Below, one piece after another: positions 1 through 8,475 of a DNA stretch of 24,000 nucleotides (the stretch's first letter is position 1; each line of letters opens with the position of its first letter). This DNA is from Pseudomonas phage pf16. Below the pieces are notes generated by a model. The model was not told the DNA's origin. It did not search any database and worked only from the letters and a program-made list of their open reading frames with translations. The position numbers were made by a program, and so were the translations under genes. The stretch lies in the sequence record KU873925.1. One strand, written 5' to 3'.

Positions 1-244
1 TGATGACATGCGCAGGCACACCATCACGACACTGCACATAGTACGCATCGCCTTCAGAGCAGCCCCATTTCAGTTCACCTACAACCAGGATGGGCTCAAC
101 CTTGGCTGACGTGCGAACGAGGTTCTTTTGGCGTTCCATGGTACGGCGCAGGGCTGTCAGTGTAGTGACACACTCGTGCGTACTGACTGGCAAGCGCATC
201 AAGCGCTCGGCCAGGTCTTTTCTGATAGTGATAACTTCGGTCAT
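1..244 (-). CDS. hypothetical protein, C-terminus truncated by window edge
   Basis: Open frame from ATG at 244 (MTEVITIRKDLAERLMRLPVSTHECVTTLTALRRTMERQKNLV...) running to the window edge without a stop; too truncated for the supplied track. Confidence 0.6.
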   Translation of the reverse strand, partial: MTEVITIRKDLAERLMRLPVSTHECVTTLTALRRTMERQKNLVRTSAKVEPILVVGELKWGCSEGDAYYVQCRDGVPAHVI

Positions 245-246
245 GG

Positions 247-1035
247 TCAGCTCTTTGTACGGAATTGGTTGATGAACATTTCAACATCTTGCGCCAGGTC
301 GATGCAGCACAGCGAGTTTGGATACTGCTCGCCGCCTTGCATCAGACCGGTGCGTGAAATGTCACGGTTGAGTTTAGCAGTTCGGGCCAGGAGGTTGATG
401 GCCTCAACCAGCTTGGTGCGCGATGCGTTCTGCTGAACTTCGTGCTGCTCGAGGATCTCTTCCTGGTTGTTCAACCAGCGCTGGATAGCTGCTTCGAAGT
501 ACACTGCATCCAGCACGTTGAGGCTTTGGCAACCACCCTTGCAAGCATCGTCATACGCTTCCTTACCGGCTGCACGCATTTCATCACTGAGCTTGATGTA
601 ATGCGGCAGCTTGTAGTCGTGCAGTGCGTTGTACTTCTTGAGGATCTTGTCGCGCTGGTCACGTGCAGTCGCCTTCATGGCCTTTTCAGCATCGCGGTCA
701 GCTGTCATGGTTTCCAACTGACGACGGAGGCTGATGATAACGTCAGCACCCTCGAACTTGAACAGAGGGTAGACGTAATACGCCATGCTCATATACCGCT
801 CTGCAACCGCTTTATCGCGTGTTACGCAGTGGAAGGTATTGTCGTCGGCGTAGTACACGAGCCACGCGACAGGGTCCGTATCAGCGCCTTGCAGCGCCGG
901 TTGTCGCAGGAGTTTGTCCAGCTTGTAGAACGCCGATTCGCCCCGCTGAGTGAACTTGGCATCCACGTTCTTTTTGGGCTGGCTGGTGATCAACAGCTCT
1001 TGAAGAAGCTCACGTGGTACAGAGATATTGGTCAT
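247..1035 (-). CDS. hypothetical phage protein, 262 aa
   Basis: Long minus-strand ORF in a tightly packed co-oriented array; overlaps the upstream ORF stop by a few bases. Confidence 0.8.
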   Translation of the reverse strand: MTNISVPRELLQELLITSQPKKNVDAKFTQRGESAFYKLDKLLRQPALQGADTDPVAWLVYYADDNTFHCVTRDKAVAERYMSMAYYVYPLFKFEGADVIISLRRQLETMTADRDAEKAMKATARDQRDKILKKYNALHDYKLPHYIKLSDEMRAAGKEAYDDACKGGCQSLNVLDAVYFEAAIQRWLNNQEEILEQHEVQQNASRTKLVEAINLLARTAKLNRDISRTGLMQGGEQYPNSLCCIDLAQDVEMFINQFRTKS

Positions 1036-1451
1036 TTCAGTTCCTTGATGATTTCGTTGATGGAATGGAAGTGCTTAGGCATCACATAGCGCACCTGCTT
1101 GAATGCCTCATTCACTTCACGTTTCGACGCCCACAACTTGCCGGTTTTGATATCCCACTCCATACCGACATAGCCGACCATACCGCGGTAATCGCCCATA
1201 GCAGTAAAGCCGGCTCGGCCAATGCACGAGCGCTTACCGTTCAGAACGACTGCCCACTTACCGTCAAGGATGCTGCCATCGTTATCAAAGAAGACAGCAC
1301 CTGCCTCCTCCAACTCGATAAGCTTGAGAGCGATGGTAGCTCCGTAGACGAACGCCTCGTAGCAGCGCTTGTTGTGAAACCATTCACGCTTGATTTCACC
1401 GACGTCTTTCATCATTTTCATCACAAGCCCTTCCGTACCAGGTCCATGCAC
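1032..1451 (-). CDS. hypothetical protein (start may be internal, MKMMKDVGE...)
   Basis: ORF co-oriented and overlapping neighbours; true start uncertain. Confidence 0.7.
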   Translation of the reverse strand: MHGPGTEGLVMKMMKDVGEIKREWFHNKRCYEAFVYGATIALKLIELEEAGAVFFDNDGSILDGKWAVVLNGKRSCIGRAGFTAMGDYRGMVGYVGMEWDIKTGKLWASKREVNEAFKQVRYVMPKHFHSINEIIKELK

Positions 1452-1774
1452 AACACTGCCCAGAACTGCACGCGCAAGTCATTGCGCTGACGGCAAGTGT
1501 TTGAACAAATCAGTTCATGCATCTTGGCGCGGGTCATAACCGGGCTGTCGCAAATGGGCGCGTAGTTTTCAATCATGAACCCGAACAGCGTCTCACTACT
1601 TGGGCCAATCGCAGCGCTGATCGCATTCAGTGTGGCACGCTTTTCAGCCTTTGTGAACGGCATCTTCTCAACGACGTTGCAAAGGAAACCGGTGTTATGA
1701 TTGGTATTCTGGTCACCGTTTAGGTACAGAGGGTTTTCGACCGCCAGACGGATGAGTTCACTTACTTTACGCAT
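1421..1774 (-). CDS. hypothetical protein, 117 aa
   Basis: Co-oriented ORF in array. Confidence 0.7.
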   Translation of the reverse strand: MRKVSELIRLAVENPLYLNGDQNTNHNTGFLCNVVEKMPFTKAEKRATLNAISAAIGPSSETLFGFMIENYAPICDSPVMTRAKMHELICSNTCRQRNDLRVQFWAVLCMDLVRKGL

Positions 1775-1794
1775 GACAAAGGTCTCACAAATGA

Positions 1795-2004
1795 TTAGAA
1801 CGGTTGACCGAATTTCGCTACCACATCACGCTCAGCGTTAGCGAAGCATTCAGGGGTGTAACCAGCAGTGCCCAGGGTTTCACGCCAGTACTTGAGGCGC
1901 TCGGAACGATACCCAAGCGCCTGCATACCAGCTTCAATCGAGCCATAGCCCTTGGGCGGGTTCTTGCTGCTGGCGAAGTAGGACTCATAATCTTTCATGT
2001 TCAT
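1795..2004 (-). CDS. hypothetical protein, 69 aa
   Basis: Co-oriented ORF overlapping the upstream ORF stop by 4 nt. Confidence 0.7.
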   Translation of the reverse strand: MNMKDYESYFASSKNPPKGYGSIEAGMQALGYRSERLKYWRETLGTAGYTPECFANAERDVVAKFGQPF

Positions 2005-2285
2005 GCTTCCAACTCCTTTTTGGCTTCACTTGCGTCCCAGAACACTGCACGGGCCGTACCGAAGTCGTCAGACATTTCAGTACTACCATCGGTGAAGCCT
2101 TCTTCGTATGCAGCGCGAACCAGTGCTTCCATTTTGGCAAGCTTTGCTTCGAGCGAAGCAATGGTACCCTGTGGGTCGAGGTAGAGTTTGGCGCCGAAAG
2201 GAGCATCAGAGATGAACTTGGCGTAACCGATCTCGCCTGCAACATGATCCGCTTGGGAGATGGCGTCTGCTTTGAATTGAGTCAT
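2001..2285 (-). CDS. hypothetical protein, 94 aa
   Basis: Start codon in the recurrent leader ...GGAACTACATCATG. Confidence 0.75.
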   Translation of the reverse strand: MTQFKADAISQADHVAGEIGYAKFISDAPFGAKLYLDPQGTIASLEAKLAKMEALVRAAYEEGFTDGSTEMSDDFGTARAVFWDASEAKKELEA

Positions 2286-2346
2286 GATGTAGTTCCTGCT
2301 TCAGTGATGGGCGGCTGTTACACCGCCCTGTGACGCACAGTATAAC

Positions 2347-2853
2347 TTAGGTGATGGTCACTACACAAGTATCAGTATAGTCGCCATCAACAGTGTGCAC
2401 TGTGATAGTGGCAGTACCAGCAGCGACGGCAGTTACCAGGCCAGTTGCACTCACGGTTGCTTTGGTAGCGTCCGAAGTGGTGTAGGTGACCTTCTTGTTC
2501 ACCGCACTGGCAGGCAGGACAGTTGGGGTCAGTTGTTGAGTCTGACCGACAGTCTTGCTTGCAGTGGTGGGCGCCAAGGAGACGCTTGCTACTGGGAAGT
2601 AGGTGGATGGGGACTTGACGAAGTCAGGGATCTTGTCGAAAGCGAGATCGACGTTGGTGCCTGCGTTAGTCAAGACGATTTTGGTGGGCTGGAAGGCGAC
2701 AGAGGTGATACCCAGAGCCTTGGCCATGCGAGTAGCAAGCTGCTTGCATGAGACCAAGAGCTCTTTGGTTTCATTGACGATCCAGCCACGCGCAGTCAGG
2801 ATGACTGTTTTGTCTTTGCGGCGTGGCTGTTTGGCCCATTTGGGTGATGGCAT
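2347..2853 (-). CDS. phage protein with C-terminal bacterial Ig-like (Big2) domain
   Basis: C-terminus VASVSLAPTTASKTVGQTQQLTPTVLPASAVNKKVTYTTSDATKATVSATGLVTAVAAGTATITVHTVDG has the Big2 pattern. N-terminal segment is paralogous to the ORF at 10484..10987. Confidence 0.85.
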   Translation of the reverse strand: MPSPKWAKQPRRKDKTVILTARGWIVNETKELLVSCKQLATRMAKALGITSVAFQPTKIVLTNAGTNVDLAFDKIPDFVKSPSTYFPVASVSLAPTTASKTVGQTQQLTPTVLPASAVNKKVTYTTSDATKATVSATGLVTAVAAGTATITVHTVDGDYTDTCVVTIT

Positions 2854-2901
2854 AACACGTTACTCCTATGATAGGGTAACGTATTTATGAGCGACGGTTA
2901 T

Positions 2902-3192
2902 TTAGCCCAGTGTCTTGATGAATTCATCAATCATAGGCAGGGCTTCATGCTTGAACTCATGCCACTCCTGCTCGTCTAAGCCAAACACTGGATAATGGAG
3001 AGGGGCGTCATGCTTGATCAGCACTTCGCGCCCGTCCTTGTATTCCACCACCCAGGTGAAGTCAGGAACGTTAGCGAGTTTCTCATTGACGAAGAACGCG
3101 ACGACGAAGTCACGATCATCAACGTAAACCCAGTTGGTTGGGTTGCCGTATGACTTGCCAGATGGCAGACCTTCAAAGATGCCGAGGTTCAT
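2902..3192 (-). CDS. hypothetical protein, 96 aa
   Basis: Co-oriented ORF. Confidence 0.7.
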   Translation of the reverse strand: MNLGIFEGLPSGKSYGNPTNWVYVDDRDFVVAFFVNEKLANVPDFTWVVEYKDGREVLIKHDAPLHYPVFGLDEQEWHEFKHEALPMIDEFIKTLG

Positions 3193-3804
3193 TCAGTTAC
3201 TCCCTGTGCAGATGCCTTGAGTTCCAACCAGGCGCATGTAGTTTTCACCGCCACGAGTGTAGAACTCCTCGATGATGTCCCACTTGCTACCGACACGGAC
3301 TTTGCGCGCCCGCGACCTGTTGCAACTGAGACGCTTATCATGATAGACATAGCCGTCAGCGCGACGCAGGTCCACCTTGCTGTTTGACTTAGACCTCAAG
3401 TGAACGGCTACCACTTCGACAGTGATACGCTTGCTTGAGGTCACTACCTCCTTTTCACAGCCAACAAGTGCGGCTGTTAGTGCAAGTACGACGGCTAGAC
3501 GTTTCACACGAGTGCAGAACTTGTCGTGCTTGTCCTTTATCGCCTGCACGAAGATGTTGGGCTCTTTCGGCTTGCGATCCCAGTTGATGCGCTTGATGCG
3601 ATCTTTGGTGTACTTACAGAATACAAACAGCAGGAAGAACGCAACGATGCCCCAGAATATCAGAGCAAACGGACCGAACGGTTCAGCAGGCTGGATATCC
3701 GTGAACCAGATGAGGATGGGCACGATGATGCCGCTCAGTACGAAAGTTGCAGCCAGGGCGCCAAGGACGAATGTGACAACGGCCTTGGTAGCGCCTGAGA
3801 TCAT
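3193..3804 (-). CDS. membrane protein fused in frame to a lipoprotein-like segment (or two genes sharing one frame)
   Basis: From MISGATKAVV...: two hydrophobic segments, then KRLAVVLALTAALVGC, a classic lipobox, then a soluble C-terminus. The track start at 4059 overlaps the antirestriction gene and is unlikely. Confidence 0.6.
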   Translation of the reverse strand: MISGATKAVVTFVLGALAATFVLSGIIVPILIWFTDIQPAEPFGPFALIFWGIVAFFLLFVFCKYTKDRIKRINWDRKPKEPNIFVQAIKDKHDKFCTRVKRLAVVLALTAALVGCEKEVVTSSKRITVEVVAVHLRSKSNSKVDLRRADGYVYHDKRLSCNRSRARKVRVGSKWDIIEEFYTRGGENYMRLVGTQGICTGSN

Positions 3805-3982
3805 CGAGAAGATCAGCGTTCGGATATAGCTGCAGGTCGTGAACTGACCACGCAGCGCACGGTCGCTGAACGAATGCCCCTGGACGAACTTGTTGAAACG
3901 ATAGTGCCAGCTGGTGCTACTAATATTCACAAAAATCACCTCTAGGTTGAAGGGCGCCCGGATGGACGCCCTGGGTTGGGGG

Positions 3983-4405
3983 TTAGTCAATTGCACCCAT
4001 GATGGCAGGTGCTTCCTTGTGGTTCCACGAGAACTGTTGGAGCTTGACGAATGCGTCATAGTGCTCCTTGCTCTCAGGGTTCTCCCAGCACAGCTGGTTC
4101 AGGATGACCAGGCACACTACGATACCTGCAGCGTCAGCGCTCATCAAACCTTCGTAGCCGTTGGTAGGCACGCGGAGGGCCAACTTGCGATCATTGATGG
4201 CTGGTGCCATGTACCAGGTAGGGGTTCGCTTTCCTACCGTGTACATGCGCCAGAACGCACCAGTGTATTCAGGGCAGAGCTCTTGCATCTTGTTGTAGAT
4301 GCGATGTTCGATTTCGATGGCTTTGGTGACGCCACCGTAGCGGTTGACCAGGTACGCATTACGTTCCTCGTCATCGACGATTTCGACAGGTTTGATCGTT
4401 GCCAT
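3983..4405 (-). CDS. ArdB/KlcA-family antirestriction protein
   Basis: Signature YTGAFWRMYTVGKRTPTWYMAPAINDRKLALRVPTNGYEGLMSADAAGIVVCLVILNQL...HYDAFVKLQQF matches the KlcA/ArdB pattern Y(S/T)GG.W..Y.....FMAP......N.....MS..AAGI.VCL.......HY..L... Confidence 0.9.
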   Translation of the reverse strand: MATIKPVEIVDDEERNAYLVNRYGGVTKAIEIEHRIYNKMQELCPEYTGAFWRMYTVGKRTPTWYMAPAINDRKLALRVPTNGYEGLMSADAAGIVVCLVILNQLCWENPESKEHYDAFVKLQQFSWNHKEAPAIMGAID

Positions 4406-4448
4406 GATGTTGCTCCTTATGATGACTGTGTTGCTTCACTACGAGGAA

Positions 4449-4478
4449 ATTATAGTACAGCCACCACAAGGATCACAA
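4449..4478 (-). promoter_or_regulatory. putative sigma70-type promoter of the antirestriction gene (TTGTGA-N18-TATAAT)
   Basis: -35-like 4473..4478, -10 4449..4454 on the minus strand, about 45 nt upstream of the ATG at 4405. Confidence 0.5.
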
Positions 4479-4485
4479 CTGGTTT

Positions 4486-5715
4486 CTAACCCTTCACACA
4501 GATAACCTGGCGCAGGGTGTGAACCACATCAACCAGGTCAGCTTGCGCCAACATGACAGCATCAATGTCCTTGTAAGCCAGCGGAGTTTCGTCGATGACC
4601 TCTTTGTCCTTGCGGCACTCGATGCCCTGGGTTGCTTGGGCATGGTCTTCGACGGTGAAACGACGCTTGGCTTCAGCACGGCTCATCATACGACCTGCAC
4701 CATGCGAGCACGAGCAGAACGAATCCTTGTTGCCCTTGCCACGAACGATGAAGCTCTTGGCGCCCATGGAACCTGGGATGATGCCCAGCTGGTTCACTTG
4801 CGCACTCACAGCACCCTTGCGAGTCACGAACACATCAGCGCCGAAGTGATGCTCCTTCGAGATGTAGTTGTGGTGAGCGTTGACTGCATGCTTCTGCAAA
4901 GTGAACGCCGGCAGATGCTTGCGCAGTACACCCAGGACCAGCTCCATCATCTGAAGACGGTTGAGCATTGCGTAGTCCTGAGCCCAGGCTACCGCTTCAC
5001 AGTAGTCATCAAACAGTGTTGACCCTTCCACCAGGTAGGACAGATCCTTATCAGGCAGATGGATGTACTGGCGGGCCATTTCTTCTTTGGCCTTGTCGAT
5101 GAAGTACTGACCGATTTTGTTGCCAGGGCCACGGCTACCCGAGTGCAGCATCACCCAGACATGGTCACGCTCATCGAGGCAGAGTTCGATGAAGTGGTTA
5201 CCACCACCAAGCGTACCCATCTGGTTCAGAGGGCTCTTGTGGTCGATCATCGGGTGCTTCTCGACGATGCGGTTGTAGCGTTCAGCCAGTTCACGATAGC
5301 GCGTGATGGCAGAGTTTGGCGCAACGATCCAGCTGCCGCTCTTGGCACGACCGGGAGTCGACACGAAGCCATGCGGAACAGCACGCTCGATGTCACTGCG
5401 GATTGCTGCGAGGCTGTCAGGCAGATTGCGCGCAACCAGAGAAGTTTCCTGCGCGATCATGCCACAGCCGATGTCAACACCGACAGCAGCAGGAACGATT
5501 GCGCCTTTGGTTGCAATGACGCTGCCTACAGTGGCGCCCATGCCCCAATGCACATCAGGCATCACAGCCAGGTGCTTGTGGATGAACGGCAGCGTGGCGA
5601 CGTTGCGCAGTTGCTGCTTGGCGCCTTCTTCAACGTAGACACCTTTGGTCCAGGCCTTGATCGGCGCACCGACTGTATCGATGTGTGGGATCATTTCGTA
5701 ACTTTGCTTGCTCAC
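4486..5715 (-). CDS. rtcB: RtcB-like RNA ligase
   Basis: MPDVHWGMGATVGSVIATKGAIVPAAVGVDIGCGM, GGGNHFIELC, HSGSRGPGNKIGQYF, NAHHNYI, VRGKGNKDSFCSCSHGAGRMMSRAEAKR are hallmark RtcB motifs. Confidence 0.97.
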   Translation of the reverse strand: MSKQSYEMIPHIDTVGAPIKAWTKGVYVEEGAKQQLRNVATLPFIHKHLAVMPDVHWGMGATVGSVIATKGAIVPAAVGVDIGCGMIAQETSLVARNLPDSLAAIRSDIERAVPHGFVSTPGRAKSGSWIVAPNSAITRYRELAERYNRIVEKHPMIDHKSPLNQMGTLGGGNHFIELCLDERDHVWVMLHSGSRGPGNKIGQYFIDKAKEEMARQYIHLPDKDLSYLVEGSTLFDDYCEAVAWAQDYAMLNRLQMMELVLGVLRKHLPAFTLQKHAVNAHHNYISKEHHFGADVFVTRKGAVSAQVNQLGIIPGSMGAKSFIVRGKGNKDSFCSCSHGAGRMMSRAEAKRRFTVEDHAQATQGIECRKDKEVIDETPLAYKDIDAVMLAQADLVDVVHTLRQVICVKG

Positions 5716-5921
5716 TTGGTTGGCTCCAGAATGATTTGATATTGTTTACCTTCACGCTCAAACGAAAGCGGGAGGCAGTCGTAGTTGACGTTGGCCAGCT
5801 TGAACCCGCGCTTGTTGCTGCAGTCAGCTGAAATAGTGTCAGCGAGGTTTTGGTGGCCGTAACCAGCACCAACGCAGAACGCAATGATACCGATAACTAG
5901 TACACCAATGAGATCACCCAT
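5712..5921 (-). CDS. small membrane/secreted protein, 69 aa
   Basis: N-terminal hydrophobic helix GVLVIGIIAFCVGAGYG; 4-nt overlap with rtcB start. Confidence 0.7.
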   Translation of the reverse strand: MGDLIGVLVIGIIAFCVGAGYGHQNLADTISADCSNKRGFKLANVNYDCLPLSFEREGKQYQIILEPTK

Positions 5922-6199
5922 CAGTATTCTCCGAACGATGAAGTTGCTTCATTGCGAGTGGTTTTGCCCTGGCTGACTTTGTAGTTGGTGGAAACGTCAG
6001 CGCGCTCGATGAAGTAGACATAGTGGTCGTGCATATCAGCATTCACCACCTTGATGCGTTTCACTTCGCGACCATCAGGAAGCTTGGCAACCACAGTGGG
6101 GTGTTCTGCGTTGCGCTGGGTTTTGAATTGTGCGCCCTCTTGCGACTCGCAACCAGTCAGCAGGACAGCAGCCAACAAAGGCAGGATATAGCGTTTCAT
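5921..6199 (-). CDS. predicted lipoprotein
   Basis: MKRYILPLLAAVLLTGCESQ: signal peptide with lipobox LLTGC. Confidence 0.8.
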   Translation of the reverse strand: MKRYILPLLAAVLLTGCESQEGAQFKTQRNAEHPTVVAKLPDGREVKRIKVVNADMHDHYVYFIERADVSTNYKVSQGKTTRNEATSSFGEY

Positions 6200-6208
6200 C
6201 AGTTCACC

Positions 6209-6565
6209 TCAGCAGGAGCAGCTAAAGAAGGAATCTTGCTTGACGTCATCAAGCTCTTTTTCACGCAGGATGGCGTACTTGGTCCAGAAGGTTGGATCCA
6301 CATACTCACCTTCGAAGGTACCACCGCGGACGATGTAGTCGCCCCAGCCATCACCTTGATGCGAGTCGGCTGCGTCCATGAGGTCGTCAACCGTAACTGG
6401 ACTGCATTCGTAGTCGCGGTGCCGGTTGCCATCTTCAACGTCTTGGGTCAGGTTGAGCGCATACGCAGCGATCCACTCGTAAGCTTGCGCGATGACACAA
6501 CCTTCTTTCAGGCGTGCGTCATGTTCTTCTGGTGGATACGGAACGTGGTTCGGTTGTGGAAGCAT
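6209..6565 (-). CDS. hypothetical protein, 118 aa
   Basis: Co-oriented ORF. Confidence 0.75.
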   Translation of the reverse strand: MLPQPNHVPYPPEEHDARLKEGCVIAQAYEWIAAYALNLTQDVEDGNRHRDYECSPVTVDDLMDAADSHQGDGWGDYIVRGGTFEGEYVDPTFWTKYAILREKELDDVKQDSFFSCSC

Positions 6566-6566
6566 T

Positions 6567-6911
6567 TCACTCTCCTTTAGGGAAATCAGGATGTTCCCAG
6601 ACGTGACGCAGCGACTGCACCATGCGCGGGGCCATTACGAACCAGAAGGATTCACCTCCGTAAGGGCCGCGGGGCAGAAATGGATCAACGATGCCGTGGT
6701 AAGGTACACGAACGTCGCTGCTGATGTTCGAACCAGCGGGCCATGCTTTGCCATCAATGATGCCAATCCGTTGCCCTACTTCAAGCGCGCAACCCGCTAC
6801 CACAGGTTCAACAGCCAGGTGAATGGCGTCGCGGGCTTCTTCTTTGAAGTGGATCATGCCCAAGGTTTCGAGGGCGTCGGTTGCAGGACTGCGCTTATCT
6901 GCGTTGCTCAT
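6567..6911 (-). CDS. hypothetical protein, 114 aa
   Basis: Co-oriented ORF. Confidence 0.7.
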   Translation of the reverse strand: MSNADKRSPATDALETLGMIHFKEEARDAIHLAVEPVVAGCALEVGQRIGIIDGKAWPAGSNISSDVRVPYHGIVDPFLPRGPYGGESFWFVMAPRMVQSLRHVWEHPDFPKGE

Positions 6912-6979
6912 TATCTTTTCCTCATCACAAAATTAAGCTGGGCCTATTTCTAGGCCCAGCGGTTACGAAACTTGTGGTG

Positions 6980-7255
6980 TTACAGGTGCTTGTTGAAGAA
7001 GCGCTCGCTCAACAGTTCAAAGTGGGAGCGGAGGGTGCGGTCGTTGCCGATGGCGTCTACCGACCAGTACTCACCGTTTACAGAGAAGAAGCCCAGGACC
7101 TTCTTGGCGTCGACATCGATGACCGGTACCGCCTTGTACGAGCGCGACGACAGGATGCGGCCGTTGACCCACTTGTCGTAGGCTACGCGAGCGCCTTCAA
7201 CCGAGTCTACCGAAACGCGATTCTTGTCGTTGGTGATGATTACGAGATTTGCCAT
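6980..7255 (-). CDS. hypothetical protein, 91 aa
   Basis: Start in the leader CACAGTGAAGCAGGTACTACATCATG with a strong promoter upstream. Confidence 0.8.
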   Translation of the reverse strand: MANLVIITNDKNRVSVDSVEGARVAYDKWVNGRILSSRSYKAVPVIDVDAKKVLGFFSVNGEYWSVDAIGNDRTLRSHFELLSERFFNKHL

Positions 7256-7301
7256 GATGTAGTACCTGCTTCACTGTGTGGTTGTTTGTTGCTATGGACG
7301 T

Positions 7302-7330
7302 ATATTACTGCCATAGCACAGGCGTGTCAA
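7302..7330 (-). promoter_or_regulatory. putative sigma70 promoter TTGACA-N17-TAATAT
   Basis: -35 7325..7330, -10 7302..7307 on the minus strand; 17-nt spacer; shared downstream leader. Confidence 0.75.
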
Positions 7331-7443
7331 CCCTTCTTTTGATTATTTTTAGCCAATTGTTGCAGGACGAACACCAGCAGCCCACCCAGTACGAAAATCT
7401 TCACCATGTCGATTGCCAATACTGCTTCAGGTGCACACATCAT
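7327..7443 (-). CDS. small single-pass membrane protein, 38 aa (not in supplied ORF track)
   Basis: MMCAPEAVLAIDMVKIFVLGGLLVFVLQQLAKNNQKKG* preceded by TGAGGAG; hydrophobic helix. Confidence 0.6.
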   Translation of the reverse strand: MMCAPEAVLAIDMVKIFVLGGLLVFVLQQLAKNNQKKG

Positions 7444-7684
7444 TATTGTTCTCCTCAGGATAGACGTGGCCGCAGAGCTCGTAAAAGCGCTTCAGTGCTG
7501 CCGCCAACTTGCTGATTCGGTCAGCGTTCTTTTCTTCATGCACACCAAGCACCATACCCCAAGCCATGACAGCCTCGATGAAGTTTTCATCGATTAGCTG
7601 CTTGAGCTCAGCGTTTTCAGCCTCCAGCTCAGCTAAACTTTTCATAGGTGCCCACACGGCGCAGGTTGCGGATGATAGTTTCAC
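7427..7684 (-). CDS. hypothetical coiled-coil protein (start probably internal, MKSLAELEAENAELKQ...)
   Basis: ORF with SLAELEAENAELKQLI heptad-like N-terminus; first methionines overlap the ORF at 7629..7778. Confidence 0.65.
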   Translation of the reverse strand: MKLSSATCAVWAPMKSLAELEAENAELKQLIDENFIEAVMAWGMVLGVHEEKNADRISKLAAALKRFYELCGHVYPEENNNDVCT

Positions 7685-7778
7685 CCTTCTGCACTGCTTC
7701 CTCGAAGGTTGCAGCGCGAACGGTGAAGTAGATGCGCCCAGTTTCGGGCGTGTAGTACTCCATTTGCCAAGTTGTCAT
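7629..7778 (-). CDS. small hypothetical protein, 49 aa (not in supplied track)
   Basis: MTTWQMEYYTPETGRIYFTVRAATFEEAVQKGETIIRNLRRVGTYEKFS*; start overlaps the stop of the next ORF upstream. Confidence 0.6.
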   Translation of the reverse strand: MTTWQMEYYTPETGRIYFTVRAATFEEAVQKGETIIRNLRRVGTYEKFS

Positions 7779-7903
7779 CCGAGCCACCCAATGCCGCGGA
7801 AGGAGTAGACAACAGCAACCAGAGCTGCAACAAAGACGCTAGCCAACACGCCGTCATACAGAATGGTGCTGCCAGTGTACAGGTATTGCCGAAACTTGTT
7901 CAT
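7775..7903 (-). CDS. small single-pass membrane protein, 42 aa (not in supplied track)
   Basis: MNKFRQYLYTGSTILYDGVLASVFVAALVAVVYSFRGIGWLG*; ATGA overlap with the following ORF. Confidence 0.6.
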   Translation of the reverse strand: MNKFRQYLYTGSTILYDGVLASVFVAALVAVVYSFRGIGWLG

Positions 7904-7986
7904 GTTAGCTCCAGGCTGTGGACATTAAGATGGCCATTGTAACACCATAGGCCACAAGGAAACGACACGCAAACTTGCAGGTAAGC

Positions 7987-8175
7987 TTAACCATAGAACC
8001 CCTTGAACGACTCGTGAGTGTCCATGGTGTGCTCCTCAAGCAGGTCACGGACTTCGCGTGCTTGTTCGCGAGTCAGGCCGCCACCTTGAGACACCATGCG
8101 GTTCGTGTGACGGCCAACGACTGCATAGCCATTGCCGTGCAGGATGACTTTGTACTGCGAAGGTTTGTTAGCCAT
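7987..8175 (-). CDS. hypothetical protein, 62 aa
   Basis: Co-oriented ORF. Confidence 0.65.
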   Translation of the reverse strand: MANKPSQYKVILHGNGYAVVGRHTNRMVSQGGGLTREQAREVRDLLEEHTMDTHESFKGFYG

Positions 8176-8186
8176 GACAGGATTCC

Positions 8187-8447
8187 TCAGTAGATGACGC
8201 GACCGATGAGTTCGTTGATGTCGAAGCCTGCTTCTTCTGCGCGCATACCGGCAGCGCTGCAGGCTTGACGATGCATTTCAACCCAGTACTCTGCGGGAGC
8301 CCAGTTGACCTCCCACAGGGCAGCAATTTCAGCCGAGAGGTTTTCACGATCGACGCTTTCGTCTGCCAGGTACAGGCCAGTACGAGCTTCGATAGCTTTC
8401 AGCTCGTCTTGGAGGTTTTCGTACTTGATGCGGGCGGCGCTGCTCAT
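8187..8447 (-). CDS. hypothetical protein, 86 aa (start MSSAARIKYENL)
   Basis: Internal start avoids overlap with the upstream gene. Confidence 0.7.
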   Translation of the reverse strand: MSSAARIKYENLQDELKAIEARTGLYLADESVDRENLSAEIAALWEVNWAPAEYWVEMHRQACSAAGMRAEEAGFDINELIGRVIY

Positions 8448-8475
8448 GATATGTCTCCAGGCTTCACAGGGTAGG

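Noticed and set aside
442-1089. 215-aa plus-strand ORF
   Set aside because: Antisense to the 262-aa minus-strand ORF in a uniformly minus-strand array.
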